Under the pieces are notes generated by a model. It was given only the letters and a program-made list of their open reading frames with translations. It ran no database searches and was not told the DNA's origin. DNA of 64,000 bases from positions 372,001 through 436,000 of the forward strand of contig JBODTK010000114.1 of the NCBI GenBank assembly GCA_050613775.1. Direction: 5' to 3'. Below are positions 38,340 through 53,179 of the stretch, one piece after another. Source of the stretch: Neocallimastix sp. 'constans' (lineage: Eukaryota). Numbering within the stretch: the stretch's first letter is position 1; each line of letters begins with the position of its first letter. The translations under genes were made by a program, and so were the position numbers.

Positions 38340-38523
38340 AACAGGTATAATTGTTTTCCATTTGAAATATAATTGTATATATTTATTATCTCATTATTAA
38401 AGATGTTATCATTTACACTCATATTATTTATAGTTTCTATTATTATATTTAAGTACTATCATCAATATTATTAATAAGATACTTATTCAAACAATAATTA
38501 ATATTATTCTCTTTATGAAAAAT

Positions 38524-38560
<37 letters not shown>

Positions 38561-39110
38561 CTGTTTTATTTGGTGTGTTATTGTTTTTTGATATTTTTTA
38601 CTTTTTTTTTTTTATTTTATTTTTTTTTTTTTTATTTTTATTTTTTTTACTATTATTATCCAAATGGTTTTCATTATAATTTGTTTGTTTAATATTGTTT
38701 ATGGTTTTAAAAACTTCCAAGTGTTGATTATTTTAACTGTTACCATTTAAAGTAATATCTATTTCATATAAGATTATTCCCGGAATATTATTTTTAGTTT
38801 CATTAAAGTTTATTTCCTTTTTTTTTTTATTTCGACTTTATTACTTTCATTATGTGAGTCATGATCATAATATAACTCAATGTTATTCATTTTTTCTACT
38901 GGGATATTTAATTATTTAAATTGGTCAGTTAGGTGGTTTAAATTGTTGTGAGGATTTTTTATTTTTGAATAAAAGGGACAATTGAAGACTAAATGTTCGT
39001 CACTATCACACAAGTAACAACTTTTTTTTTTCCCTATTTATCTCATTTTCTTTCATTATTATATTTCTTAGAAATATTATTATGTTGTAGTCTTTGAGAT
39101 TACCACGTTG
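38340..39110 (-). mobile_element. Highly degenerate LTR-retrotransposon gag(-protease) fragment
   Basis: An intact CCHC zinc knuckle, CYLCDSDEHLVFNCP, reads on the minus strand at 39019-38975. The flanks are decayed and the boundaries are approximate. Confidence 0.55.
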
Positions 39111-39115
39111 ATCTT

Positions 39116-39156
<41 letters not shown>

Positions 39157-39350
39157 CTGATAAAGGATTTAATTTTTTTTATATCTATTGATTTACTTTA
39201 AAAAAAAAAAAAAAAAAAAAAAGAATAGAACCTTTAAAATTGTTCATTTTATGATCTTTCATTTTTTTTTACCTTCCTTAGATAAGGTACCTCTTTCCGT
39301 TGTCATCTTTAGTGGTATATTCATTCTTTGTTTCTTTTATAATATCATTT

Positions 39351-39381
<31 letters not shown>

Positions 39382-39459
39382 TATATTTTAAGCGTATTAA
39401 CTTATAATCTAGTCCCTTAGAGTTCTAAGATGAAGTTCTCGTTAGTACCATTTACTGTA

Positions 39460-39790
39460 GTTTTTATCGGTTAGTGCCTGGTATTTCCAATGGCCCTCCT
39501 GTAGAAGAATTTATTTAAAACCAAAACCTGTCCGAGCCTCTTCAAACAACTTAAAAGAAAGCCTCAAGCATGCCTTTCATGAAGCAAAAAAAAAAAAAAA
39601 AAAAAAAAATTCATCGACCAACATCGTATTGAAGCTCCTATAATTTTTTTTAAGAAAAACGACAAAGTTTTGAATCAACAGTTCACTTTCCTACTCCATA
39701 CTGGTAACTAGAAACTTAAAACCAAGAAAATTAGGTCCTCTACAAAATTTTTTAAAAAAAATCTCTCTATTGCAATCCCAGTGATGTGAC
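39460..39790 (+). mobile_element. Ty3/gypsy integrase C-terminal (GPY/F region) relic
   Basis: Elevated GC. AAACTTAAAACCAAGAAAATTAGGTCCTCTACAAAAT at ~39713-39748 is a frameshifted KLKPRKLGP(Y/F)KI. Confidence 0.45.
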
Positions 39791-40239
39791 TTACAAAAGA
39801 ATAACAAAAGTTTTGCTATTATTATTAATTCCTTTTTGGTAATGGTAAACCGGACGTTACAATAATCTTGAATATTCTAATTATACTAAACTACTAAATT
39901 CCCTAAATTAATTAAAATTCCTAAATTGTATAAGTATTTTAAAATTCCTAAATTGTATAAGTATTTTAAAATTCTATACTCACTTTATAGAGTCAGATGA
40001 GACTCTTAATTTGTTAAAAATATCAATGCTTTATTTATTCAGAATAATTAATACTAATTTATTCAGAATAATTAGTTTAATAAATAATAAATAACTTTTT
40101 ATTAATAACAAATAATAAAGAAAAAAAACATATTTTTTTTAAAAGATTTTTAAACCATATAAATAATTAAATATATTTATTTAAATATTTACTTAAAATA
40201 ATTTAATATAAATGAAAAAAAAAAAAAAAAAAAATAGAA

Positions 40240-41170
40240 GATGTTACGAGTTATGTTAATTATTGTGAATGTTGTACAAGAAACAATGTTAATAGATATA
40301 GAAAATATGGTCTTTTTACAACCTTTAGATACTCCTGATAGACCCTTGGAAGTCTATTGAAATTGATTTCCTATGTGGTCTTCCTTATATTCTAAAGGAT
40401 ACACCGTTAATATGGTAGTTGTTGATCGTTTCTCTAAGATGATACCATTTAATTCCATTTAAACAAATACCTGATGCCAAACAAACAGCCAAAGCTTTCA
40501 TAACAAATATATTTAAACTACACGGATTGCCTTGTGATAGGTATACAGATAGAGGATCTCAATTTACAAGTGCTATTTGGGAAGAAGTAATGGAATATTT
40601 AAACATTAAATCAAAAATCGCTTCAACTGGCCATCATGAAACAATTGGTCAAGTTGAAAGATGTAATTCTTTTATTGAACAATATTTAAGAGCTTACTCA
40701 AGATCATATTATCATGATGATTGGATTGAATGGATTCACCTTGCTGAATTTGTTTATAATAACTCCATTAATGAATCTACAAAGGAAACACCCTTCTTTA
40801 TTAATTATGGTTTTCATCCATCTATGGATGAATTTTTCATATTACCTGATACTGATACTAATAATAAAATTATTAAGGACTTAAGTATGAACTTTAATTA
40901 TATTAAAGATGTTTTATTAAGGTCAAAAGAACTTATATAAAAGACACACAGATAAAAAGAGAATTCCTCCTCCAATATTTAAAGAAAATGATTTAGTTTG
41001 GATACAAGCTCCTCCATCATTAAATACCGAAGATAGTTCAAAGTTAGCTCCTTGTAAATATGGACTATATAAAGTAATAGATGTTCTGAATAATAATAAT
41101 TATAAAATAGATATTAAAAGGTTTCCTTTTCCAAAACATCATTCTATATTCCATGTTTCGGAGTTAGAAA
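40240..41170 (+). mobile_element. Ty3/gypsy integrase pseudogene fragment
   Basis: Reads CECC..RKYG.LQPL..PDRPWKSIEIDFLCGLP..VVVDRFSKM..HGLP..TDRGSQFTS..HHETIGQVERCN..LAEFVYNNS..TPFFINYGFHP..KLAPCKYGLYKV..IFHVSELE, with frameshifts. Confidence 0.92.
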
Positions 41171-41189
41171 TCATTTATTATTTTGAACG

Positions 41190-41620
41190 ATAAGAAGGAA
41201 ATTTTAAAAATATGAAAATTTACATCATCATCTTGAAAAAAAAAAAAAAAAAAAAAAAGAAAAAGGTACATCTATATTGATTGTAAGGCATAAAAATTAA
41301 AGATAAGGTTAGAAAAAGTTCAATTCCTATGAGTATATAATCTAAACATATATTTAATGAAGTTTTACAAGAAATGGGATTTATATGTTTATATGTTCTG
41401 AATACACCTTCTTTTTATAAATTAATATATGCATTAAGATAAGGAGAATCTTTATTAATGATTACAAAAAGAAGAGTAAAAGAATTTTGGAAAAAAAAAA
41501 AAAAAAAAAATAAAATAAAATTAGGAAAAACTGAAGAAATTAATATTTTAATTGAAAAATATGAATCTATGGAATCCAAATTAATTGATAATGGAGGAGG
41601 TACTATAGAAATTATGATTT
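41190..41620 (+). pseudogene. Internally deleted MULE-like transposase relic
   Basis: 41199-41350 resembles 36975-37160 (..AAAGTTTACATCATCTCGAAAA..CATAAAATTAAA..AAGTTCGATTC). 41395-41560 resembles 42220-42415 (CCT(T/A)CTTTTTATAAATTAATAT, PS/TFYKLI). Confidence 0.5.
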
Positions 41621-41936
41621 AAATATTTAATTAATTTAAATAATATAAATATTGATTTGTAATAAGTAACAAAGTAATGATTATAAGAAAAAGATTATCA
41701 AAATTTTGTCTTAATTATAAATAATTAAAATTATTCTTAATTAAAAATCCATAATTGTTTAAAATTTTAATATTTTTTAACATTCTAATTTTTTTAAAAA
41801 GAAAATATTAAAATTTATCTTTATCATTAAATATTTCTTAATAATTATTTTATTATTATTATTATTTTTTTTTTAATATTTTTATTTATAACTGATATAT
41901 CTATAAATATTAATAAACATGAGGTTAAAATAAAAT

Positions 41937-41985
<49 letters not shown>

Positions 41986-42074
41986 GAAAACTTTTATTTA
42001 AATTTTTTATTTTTAAATAAAATTTTATTTTTTAAAGAATATTTTATTTGAATATGTTGCATTTATAATGAACA

Positions 42075-42316
42075 CCATAATGTCCAATTTTTAGATTACT
42101 TTGAAAAAAAAAAACTTATTTAAAAAAAAAAAAAAAGCTATAAAATTGAATATTGGAAAGATTATAATAATATAGAATATATTCAAAAATCTTATAATAA
42201 TAATTACATTAAGAATATATTTTCAGAAAAAAAAATCCTACTTTTTTATAAATTAATATTAACAATGCCAAAAGAAGAATCCTTATCTTAAAGTAATTAC
42301 GAAAGGAGAATTGAAG

Positions 42317-42364
<48 letters not shown>

Positions 42365-42752
42365 GAAGACTAGGTGTAGAACTGATGAAATCCATGCTTT
42401 AATTAATTAAATATACAGAAAAAAAAAAAGAAAAATAATAAAAAAGATTTCTTTGAATGTTTAAATGTTTAAATGATTTATACTAAAATTATTAATTAAA
42501 TAATAAATAATTAGGAATGAGAGAGAAATGATTAAATGATTAAAAATTATTAGATTAGACCAGTTTAAAAATATTATTAAACTATATCTTTAATATTATT
42601 ATTATTTAATATTCTTTTATTATTATTTTAACAAAAAATATTGAAATAAATCTTTGAAATTATATATTAACAAATATTAAATATTAACAAATATTTTATT
42701 ATTTTATTTTGACAAAAAAAAAACTGATTTAAAAATATTTAATTTTTTTAAA

Positions 42753-42785
<33 letters not shown>

Positions 42786-42901
42786 ATTATTCATTTATTT
42801 AATATAATTTTAGTTATCAGTCCATAAATGGTTTATTTAAGTACGCCACAATTCACATAAAGCCACGCTCCGAAATTCGACTTTCCGAAATGCAACACTC
42901 C
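42075..42901 (+). mobile_element. MULE-like transposase C-terminal relic plus right terminal inverted repeat
   Basis: Reads QFLDYFEK..YKIEYWKDYNNIE..PTFYKLI. The terminal sequence GTACGCCACAATTCACATAAAGCCACGCTCCGAAATTCGACTTTCCGAAATGCAACACTCC (42841-42901) matches the TIR family at 27053, 27660, 60658 and 61891. Confidence 0.6.
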
Positions 42902-43725
42902 TGTTTTTAAATTTTTGTTAATATATATATATAATTTTAATGACTCATTTTTTTATTAAATAGTAAATAGTGAATAAATAAATAATAAATAAATAAATAA
43001 ATAAATAAATACATAAATAAATAAATAAATAAATACATAAATAAATAAATAAATACATAAATAAATAAATAAATAAATACATAAATAAATAAATAAATAA
43101 ATAAATATATGTATATCAATTAACAAAAAATAAATAATTAAAAAGAAATATACTATTTAATCTATTTATATTTTTTCTTTTTTTTTAAATTTTTAATTAA
43201 TTTTTTTTTTTTTTTTTTTTTTTGAAATATTTATATATTGAAAAAAATATTTTAATTTTATTTAGGTATTTATCCAAATGAAAAAAAAAAAGGTTTATTA
43301 AATAGTATAATATTAATAAAATAAATTTATATTTTACATATTAAATAGTATAAAATATAATATAATTTATAACTCATTAAAAAAAAATTATTTTTTTTTT
43401 TGATATAAATAGTTTTATATAATAAAAGGGTAATTATTAATATTTTAATTAAAAAATAAAATAAAATATAATAAAACAATATTTTACTAATTTCTAACAT
43501 AATAATTACTTAACTATAAATGTAATATTTTTATTCATATTATTTTTTTTATTAGTATTATTTCTTTAATATCCTTATATTATAAATAAAAATAGCGCAA
43601 TTTATTTGGTTTATGAATAAATAATTGTTGATTTTTAGTTAAAAAAAAATAAAAAACTTTTCTTCATAGTATTTGTTAATGAGTCAATTTTTTTTTTAAA
43701 GTTTCAGATAGTTTAATATATATTG

Positions 43726-43757
<32 letters not shown>

Positions 43758-43774
43758 GTAATATTAAAAAAGAA

Positions 43775-43962
43775 AATATTAATAAAATAAAAAATAAAAA
43801 TAAAAAAAAGTATACATATATATATCATGAATATTAATAAAATAAAAATAAAAATAAAAAAAAGTATACATATATATATCATGAATATTAATAAAATAAA
43901 AATAAAAATAAAAAAAAGTATACATATATATATCATGAATATTAATAAAATAAAAATAAAAA
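43775..43962. repeat. ~59-bp tandem repeat, about 3 copies
   Basis: AATATTAATAAAATAAAAATAAAAATAAAAAAAGTATACATATATATATCATG is repeated. Confidence 0.9.
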
Positions 43963-45484
43963 TATAAATAAAAATAAATCATTTTATATAATATAAAATG
44001 ATTTATTTCTTTTTTGTTTCTTCTTTATTTTTTATTTATTATTATTATTATTTTTTTTTAATAAATATTAAAAAAAAGTAATTTTGATTTTCATTTCTTT
44101 ATCATAATTATGTTAAAAATTAATCAATATCAATTGAAAATAAGATAATCTAAAGTAAAAATAAAGTAATATTAATTAATATTAAGTCGAATAAGATGAA
44201 TTATTTTTAAAATAAAAAAAAAATTTTTTTGTATAAAGACTTAATCTTTTTTTTTTTTTTTTTTTTATCTATATTTACTAAATGTAAATTAATTAATAAA
44301 TATTAAAATTAAAATTAAATACCTTTTTTGTATATAATGAAGTTAAAATTTTTAAAAAACTTTAATAATTTTTTTAATAAATAATCTTATCTTTATTATA
44401 ATAAAAATAAGTGAATTTCTTTTATATAAATAATAATACTAATAATAATACTAATACTAATAATAATAATAAATAATAATAATACTAATAATAATACTAA
44501 TAATAATAATAATACTAATAATAATCATAATACTAATAATAATACTAATAATAATAATAATACTAATAAATAATACTAATAATAATTTATAATAAATAAT
44601 AATAATAATAGTAATAATAATAATGTTGTTATTATTATTAATAAAAATAGAGATGAATAGTTTTGGTAATTTTTATTTGCTCATTTCATATATTATTATT
44701 TTTTTTAAATAAAAAGGTAATATGAATGATTATTTTTAAATAAAAGGTAAAATGATTTTCTTTTAATATTAAAATGGTAAATTTTAAATATTTAAATTTT
44801 AATATTATTTGTTATTTTAATTCTTTATTTTTCCATTTTTTTTTCTTTTGCTTATACAGATAAGAAATTTTATTTTATTTTTTTTTTTTTTCTTTTTGTG
44901 TTCTGAAATTTTTTATTATTATTAGTTTCATATTTTTATTTATTTATTTAATATATTTCTAAAAAATATTAAATATAAAATTATTATTATTATTATTTAT
45001 TTATTATTATTTTTTTTATATATTAAATTATATCTTATATCAACAATTTATATTTTTTTTAACATTTATAAACATTTATTGAATAGTAATGGTCATTTCT
45101 ATTCATTTTTTTTTATTAAATGTTTATTAATCTTTTAAAATTTTTATAAAAAATAAAAGTTATTAAAAAATTATAATTTATAATAATTATATTATAAATA
45201 AAAGTAAATATTATATATAAATTATTTAAAGGTTATTTTATTTATTAAAATTTATTATTTTTTACTTCGTTTTTATTAATATTCATTTTAATTATAATAT
45301 TTATATATATATAAAATTATTATTCATAAGAGATTAAAGGTATTTTTTAATAATAATAATAATAATAATAAAATAAAATAAAAATTTTTGTGATGATTCA
45401 TCCTTAAATATAGTTTCCCTTATATTTATTTACAATTTTTTAATATATAAACTCATTTTATTTTAATGAATATATGCATGTATA

Positions 45485-45517
<33 letters not shown>

Positions 45518-46177
45518 AAAAAAAACAAATAAGGGAATAATGATGTTTATGATAATTTAGGAATAATTAATAATAAATAAAGGAATTTGAAATTTATATA
45601 TAAATATATTTTTATCATAAATTATTTTTAATTATTCAAATTACATTATTTAATTTATATTTTATTAGTAAAAAATTAATAAATTAAAATATTTTATTTT
45701 ATTGTTATTTTTTTTATCTATATAAAAAAAAAAAAAAAAAACTTTTATGGGGTAATATATGTAATATATTTTATTTTATTTTATTTTATTTTAAAATTAA
45801 TATCAACTAATTTGTAAATAAATTATTAAAAATTCTGAGTAATTTTATAGCTCATATATTACATAATTTGTATTTTTTATTTCAGTTATAAAATTTTTTT
45901 TTTTTTAATTTTTTTTAATTTTTGTTACAGTAGGTTACCTACAAAAATATATATATATAAAAAAATCAATTGATGATGATATATATATATATAAAAATCA
46001 ATTGATGATGATAAAAAAAAAAATGAAATTAATAGGTTCTATTTTAATCTTCATATTCATAATATGTATAATGATGAAATGATATATAATCAGATTAATA
46101 CATACATTTTTATAATAATTAAATACTTTCTTTTTGTTTAAATTAAAAGTATATATATATTGTAATGTGTGATATTT

Positions 46178-46342
<165 letters not shown>

Positions 46343-47144
46343 GTAAAACATATTATGTTTTTCTTTTAGTTGTTTAATACTTAATTATGTACAAATATAG
46401 TAATGTGAAAAGTTTTTCAATTAAAAATTTATTAAAACTTAATGATATTTAATATATGGATATATATATTTGTATTAAAAAGTGGATTATTATTTTGAAA
46501 TAAAGTGAATGAATGAATAAATAAATAAACAAGCAAACAACAAATAAATAAATTATAAATATATATAAATATTATAATATAATATATTTTAATAATTTTA
46601 TATTAAGAATAATATTAATTTTATACATTTAAAAATAATATAATAAAAATGGAAAAAAAATATTTTATTTCTTTTATTATTATTATTATTTATTATTATT
46701 ATTATTATTTATTATTATTATTATCTTTTATTATTATTATTATCTTTTATTATTATTCATTATTATTATTTTTTTTTATTTTTCTTTAAAAAAAAAAAAG
46801 AAATATTTTTTTAATTTATCGAACTTAATAAAGTTCGATAATTTCCTTTTTAATGTAATTATAAAAATCATTAACTTTTCAATAAAATAGATTATTTTTT
46901 AATATTTTTAATTTTATTTTTAATAATTTTTAAATATATTTTGTATTATCAAGTGAATACTCAAATAAATTAATAATAATTAAAAAAAAAAACTGATATT
47001 AAATAACATAATACATCAATTAAACATTACTATTATTTATTAATGGAGTGGAAACATTAATTTATAACCTAAATGGCTTTTAAATATTTATTAATATTTA
47101 TAATAATAATAATAATAATAGTAATTAGAAATATTATTAATGAT

Positions 47145-47524
<380 letters not shown>

Positions 47525-50244
47525 GAGTAATAAAAAGTTTTGAGTATAATTTTAATTATTAATAGGTAAAAATTGTTATTATAACTAAATTTTATTATTT
47601 ATAATAAATAATAAATATTAATATGTTAATTTTATTAATTTTATTTATTTTATATATATTATTATTTATATTATTATTAATTATTAATTAGAGTAATTTC
47701 ATACTATTTTTTTTTTTTTTTTAATTTCACATTCAAATAGTTGTATTATTAGAAATAAGTTATGAATATAGTTTGTTACTTTCAACATATATATAAAAAA
47801 ATATATCTAAATTTGTGGAAGCAGTCCTTAAAAATAAGAAAAAAAGTTTTTTTTTTATATGATAGTAGAAATAATTTATTAAAAATTTTGTAAATTAGTA
47901 ATCATTTGATGACACTATTTACATTGTATATAACAATTTACATATTTGTAGTCTTTCCATTGTAATAATATTATTAATACTTTGTGTTTATGAGTAATCC
48001 TTCTATTATGGTATAAATTTTATTAATAAAAAGTAATTCTATTGTTTTATTAATATTAAATAATTTTTTTTTAATTGAAATTTTATTATAATATCCAAAA
48101 TATTATATATATATATTTTACAAAAACTCCATTACAAGGTAATTTTAATAAATAATATTTTTTATAAATATTATAACAAATACTACATATTAATTATTTA
48201 GAAATTAATAAGTTTTAATAAATAGTACTCGAAATAATTAAATAATTATATTTTTAATATTTTAAAATGAATTTTTTTTTTATTGATTTTAATTATAAAT
48301 ATTATACAAATTTTTATTAAATTTTAATTAAAATTTATTAAAGAATTATGTATTTATTTATTTACTTTTTTTTTTATATTTTATATTTTATATATTTTAT
48401 AATTTTTAATTTTTATTTTTTATTTTTATTATTACTTTTTTTTTTTTTTTTTGTATTTTTTTTATTAATAGTTTTCTTTTTTATATATTAAGCTTCTATT
48501 TTTGTATTGTGTTCTTTTTTCTTTCTTTTTTCTTTCTTTTTTTTTTTTTTTTTTAATAATAATACTTAAAAAAAACGTGACTGCATATTTTTAAAAATTA
48601 TTTCATTATTAAAGATTTAATATACTTGTCAGTATATTATAATATATTAATCATATATAACTCATTTAATAGATATATAAACACTAATCCACTTTTCTCT
48701 TTTTTTCATATTTGTTGTTTCATTTTTTTACCATATATAGATAAAAATTAGACATAGAAATAAAATAAATAAATAAATATATAACTAAGAAAATATGTAA
48801 CTAAAGAAATAATATATGAATATATATAAATATGTAAATAAATAAATAATTTTTTTTATAATAATAAAAAGGCTATTTCTGTTTAAAATTGAATATCAAC
48901 AATAAAAACAAAATATTTAATAAAGAAATAAATAAATAAAAAAAAAAAATTTAGTATAAAACAATTAAATAGTTGATAATAATTTCTTAATATTTATACA
49001 TTCTATGTATATGAATTTTATAGAGATATGTATATAATGCATACTTGTTAAATAATTACGTGAAGAATAATATATTGATATTTTTTATAATATTAAATAA
49101 TTATTTTATCAATAATACAAGTATATTTTTATTTTTTATAATTTCAAATTTAATTTATATATGTAAATGGATATATATTATTAAAAGAAAAAAAAATTTA
49201 GAGGAAATATTCATAATATATAAAAGTGTAATATATATATTTGATCTTTTAAGAATATTAGTATCCAAATCTTTTAATTATTTTTTGCTTAAAAAAAAAT
49301 ATTAATTAATAAATTAAATAATTTAATAATTTCTTCATATATTATATTAATAGAAGAATGATATTAAAATTTTAATTTTTTTTTCTTTAAAAGATTAATA
49401 TTATTATAAAACATTATTATCGATTAGATTTAATTATTGATATGTATTCACTAATACTTTATTATTTTTATTAGAATATGCTTATTGATAAATTATATAT
49501 GTATTATTATTAGAATTAATTTTTAATCCTATTCTATTCTATAATTTTTTTTTTAATGATTAATTATTAATAAGTAGTTATGGCTTATAAAAAAAAACTT
49601 TTTTCTTTTTTTATTTTGAGAAATAATGACGGCTTAAAAGATAAATTACTTGGCTCATCATTTATATTTGACATATATTTTATATTTTATTATATTAAAA
49701 TTATTTTTTTAATTATTATGGAAAAAATATTAAAATTAAACTTTTTTTTTTTTGTTTTATAAATAAAGACACAAAGATTTTTCTTATTTTATTTTTTTTT
49801 TTTTTAAATAAAGACACAAAGATTTTTCTTATTTTATTTTATTTTATTTTTTTTAAAATAAAATAAAATAAAATTGATATGAAAAATTTTTTTTTAAGGG
49901 ATTTAAATTAATCATTTTAATTTATAATATAATATTATGATACATGTAATTCACAAAAATTATGAATTTTATATATAATAAAAAAATGGCTTAATGTTTT
50001 TTTTTTTTTTTTTTTTTTTTTTGTATTACGAAAATATTTAAATTTAAATTGATGGAATTGAAATTATGTTTGTTAATATATTATAATATATTGATAGTAT
50101 ATATTAACATTAATTGCTGACTTGTATTAGTATTATATGGTTTAAAGAATCTTTTTTTTTCTATTTTTTTTTTCTTAAAACAAATTTCTATTTTCTATTT
50201 TTTTTTTTTTTCTTAAAACAAATTTCTTAAGTTTGTGAGATGAA

Positions 50245-50315
<71 letters not shown>

Positions 50316-51444
50316 ATAGTAAATAATAAATATATAAATAATATAAATAACAAATAAATAATAAATAAATAAATAAATAGTAAATAATAAATATATAAAT
50401 AATATAAATAACAAATAAATAATAAATAAATAAATAAATAGTAAATAATAAATAAATAAATAACAAATAAATAACAAATAAATAATATGTATATATATTA
50501 CTAAATAAATAATTGATATTTCATGATATAAAAAAAAAGGAAATAAATAATTAACGGCATATTTTTTTTATTTTGTGTGTTTGTTTTTTCTAAACAATAA
50601 AATGATAATATGTTATATTTCCATTTTTGTAAAATTATTTCTAAAAAAACACATATATATATGAATAAGTTTAATGACAGGATCTATTAGCATCATTTTT
50701 TTTTATAATATCTTCATATATAGCTTATTATTATTATTTTTTTTTTCGTGGACATGAATATTAATTGATTAAACGATATGGTAATATAAGTAATATAATA
50801 ATAAAAGTAATAATAATAATAATAATATTTTCATTGTTAATATTTTATTATGGTCACTGTAATAATAATTTATCAAATATAAATTATTTTATTATAACTT
50901 TTATTATAAATTTATTAAGATATCTTTTATCTTATAATTATTTTTCACTTTGACTAGAAATTTCTGATTTTAATATACAGATTAATAATTTATATATTTA
51001 ATTTAGTTTGATTTATTCAATAAACCAAACTATATTAAATGATATTTTTATATTAATAGATGATATATTCCTACTATTAATTAGCAATAAAATAAAAAAT
51101 ATTATAAAATTTTAAAACTATTATTATAACTAATATAATTAATATATATAATTGATAAAGTTTGGTATAATAATATTATTATTTTGCGGTTATTTTTTAT
51201 TTTTATTTTTTCTTTTATTTTTATTTATTTATTTATTTCTTAAGCCCTATTTTTTTTTTTTTTTCTAATATTTCTAATATAATTTATTTCTTTATTTCAT
51301 AATAATAAAGTGGATATATTAAATATTAATTATACTATATATAATAAATAAGTAAAATGGTTTATATATTAAATTAAATTTCAAGTTAAAAAAAAAGTTC
51401 ATGTCCATCATATTTTATGTTTTGTTTTTAATAATAGCAACGTG

Positions 51445-51479
<35 letters not shown>

Positions 51480-52012
51480 ATCAAAATTTAAAATATTATA
51501 TAGTTTAATATATATTAAACTATTATTTAAATATATAAATTAATATACTATATTATTTAATTGAAATTTATTTTTTTTTAATAAAGATTTAATTCATAAG
51601 ATCACCCGTTTAAGGAAATGAACCAAAAAAAAAAAAGATAAAAATATATTTATATTATATTTAATTATAATTAGAGTTTATTTCATTATTATTTATTAAC
51701 CAAAACGATATTAGAAATAAATTAAATTGGGGTAGATTTAAAATACCAAATATGGAAATATACTGAAAAAATTCAAATTGAGGTTAAAAAAAAAATTTTT
51801 TTTTTTGTACTTTTTACATTTTAGAATAAAATAAAATTTAATACAAATTATATTAAATGATAATAATAATTATAGACTTCTAGACTTTTTCTTTTTTCTA
51901 TTTCTATTTCTATTTTCTTTTTAATGATAAAAATACAGAAGATTTTAATTCTATTTATTATTTTATTTAATTATTATTGCTATATACTAAGATTTAACAA
52001 TAACAATCTATT

Positions 52013-52148
52013 ATAAGATAATTATCAATATATTAAGAGATTTTAAAAATGATTATAATTATCCTATATTATGAGATTTTAAAAATGATTATAAGATAAT
52101 TACTAATATGACATAATCAATTTTAAAATCTCGTAATATATTGATTAC
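52013..52148. repeat. Two direct copies plus one inverted copy of a ~28-bp unit
   Basis: TATATTA(A/T)GAGATTTTAAAAATGATTAT occurs at ~52029 and ~52065. Its reverse complement ATAATCAATTTTAAAATCTCGTAATATA occurs at ~52113. Confidence 0.8.
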
Positions 52149-53147
52149 TTGAAGTGGTCCCAATTATTATTATTATTTTTTTTTTTATGTAGGTTTTCGT
52201 ATTATTAATTATTTATTTATATATGTAATAGGTTTTTTTTTTTTTTTTTTTATAAATTATTGCTTAGTAAAAATTTTTTTTTATGTTACATGATATTTTA
52301 AAGCACTTTAAATCAATATTATCTTTATAGAATTGGAATATATAAAATATATTATTCATGTATATCAAATAGCATTTAATAAATATAATTGACTACATAC
52401 ATAATCTATTTGAATATATATTAAAATATAAAATAATATAAAATAAAATTATATAAATAATTTAATTATAAAAGTTTAAATTTATTAACAGAAAATTAAT
52501 TTTAAATAATTATAAAGTTTATATAACTTTATTAAATATTAAAATATTTTTTTAGCTTATGCATGATTTTTTTTTTAATTAAATTGAAATAATTAAATAA
52601 TATATAAGTGGTTGTACTAATGATATAATGAAGTTGAGATTTCTTTTTAACCAATATAGCTCTAGTAAGATATTAACATGAAAAATAGTTAATTTTTTTT
52701 TTCTTATTGTTTATAATTAAATTTTGTTTTATTATTTCATATATATTAATATTTTTCTATATATAATATATTATAAATAGAAATTATGTTTTTTGTTTTA
52801 TGTATTATGCATTATGTATATATTGATAATATTTTTTTAAATATTTAGTTAATCTTTTAAAATATATCTATCCATTTATTGATAATCCATATTGCTTTTC
52901 ATGAAATTTTTATTATCAAAATTATATTTAAAAATAATTCGTTATTCGTAATATTATATACTACTATCCTATAACGAACATCAAAATAAAAATAATAAAA
53001 GAAAAAACAAAAAAAATTTTTTTTCTTTTGGTCATAGATATTATACTCTATTTTAAATATATAAGATACATTTTATTAATATATATATTTAATAGTTATT
53101 ATTATAATTACTTAAAAAAATAATTTAATTATTTTATTTTATTTTTT

Positions 53148-53179
<32 letters not shown>

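Noticed and set aside
42050..42066. GAATATGTTGCATTT as the left TIR partner of 42901
   Set aside because: The match is short and lies within what appears to be transposase-derived sequence.
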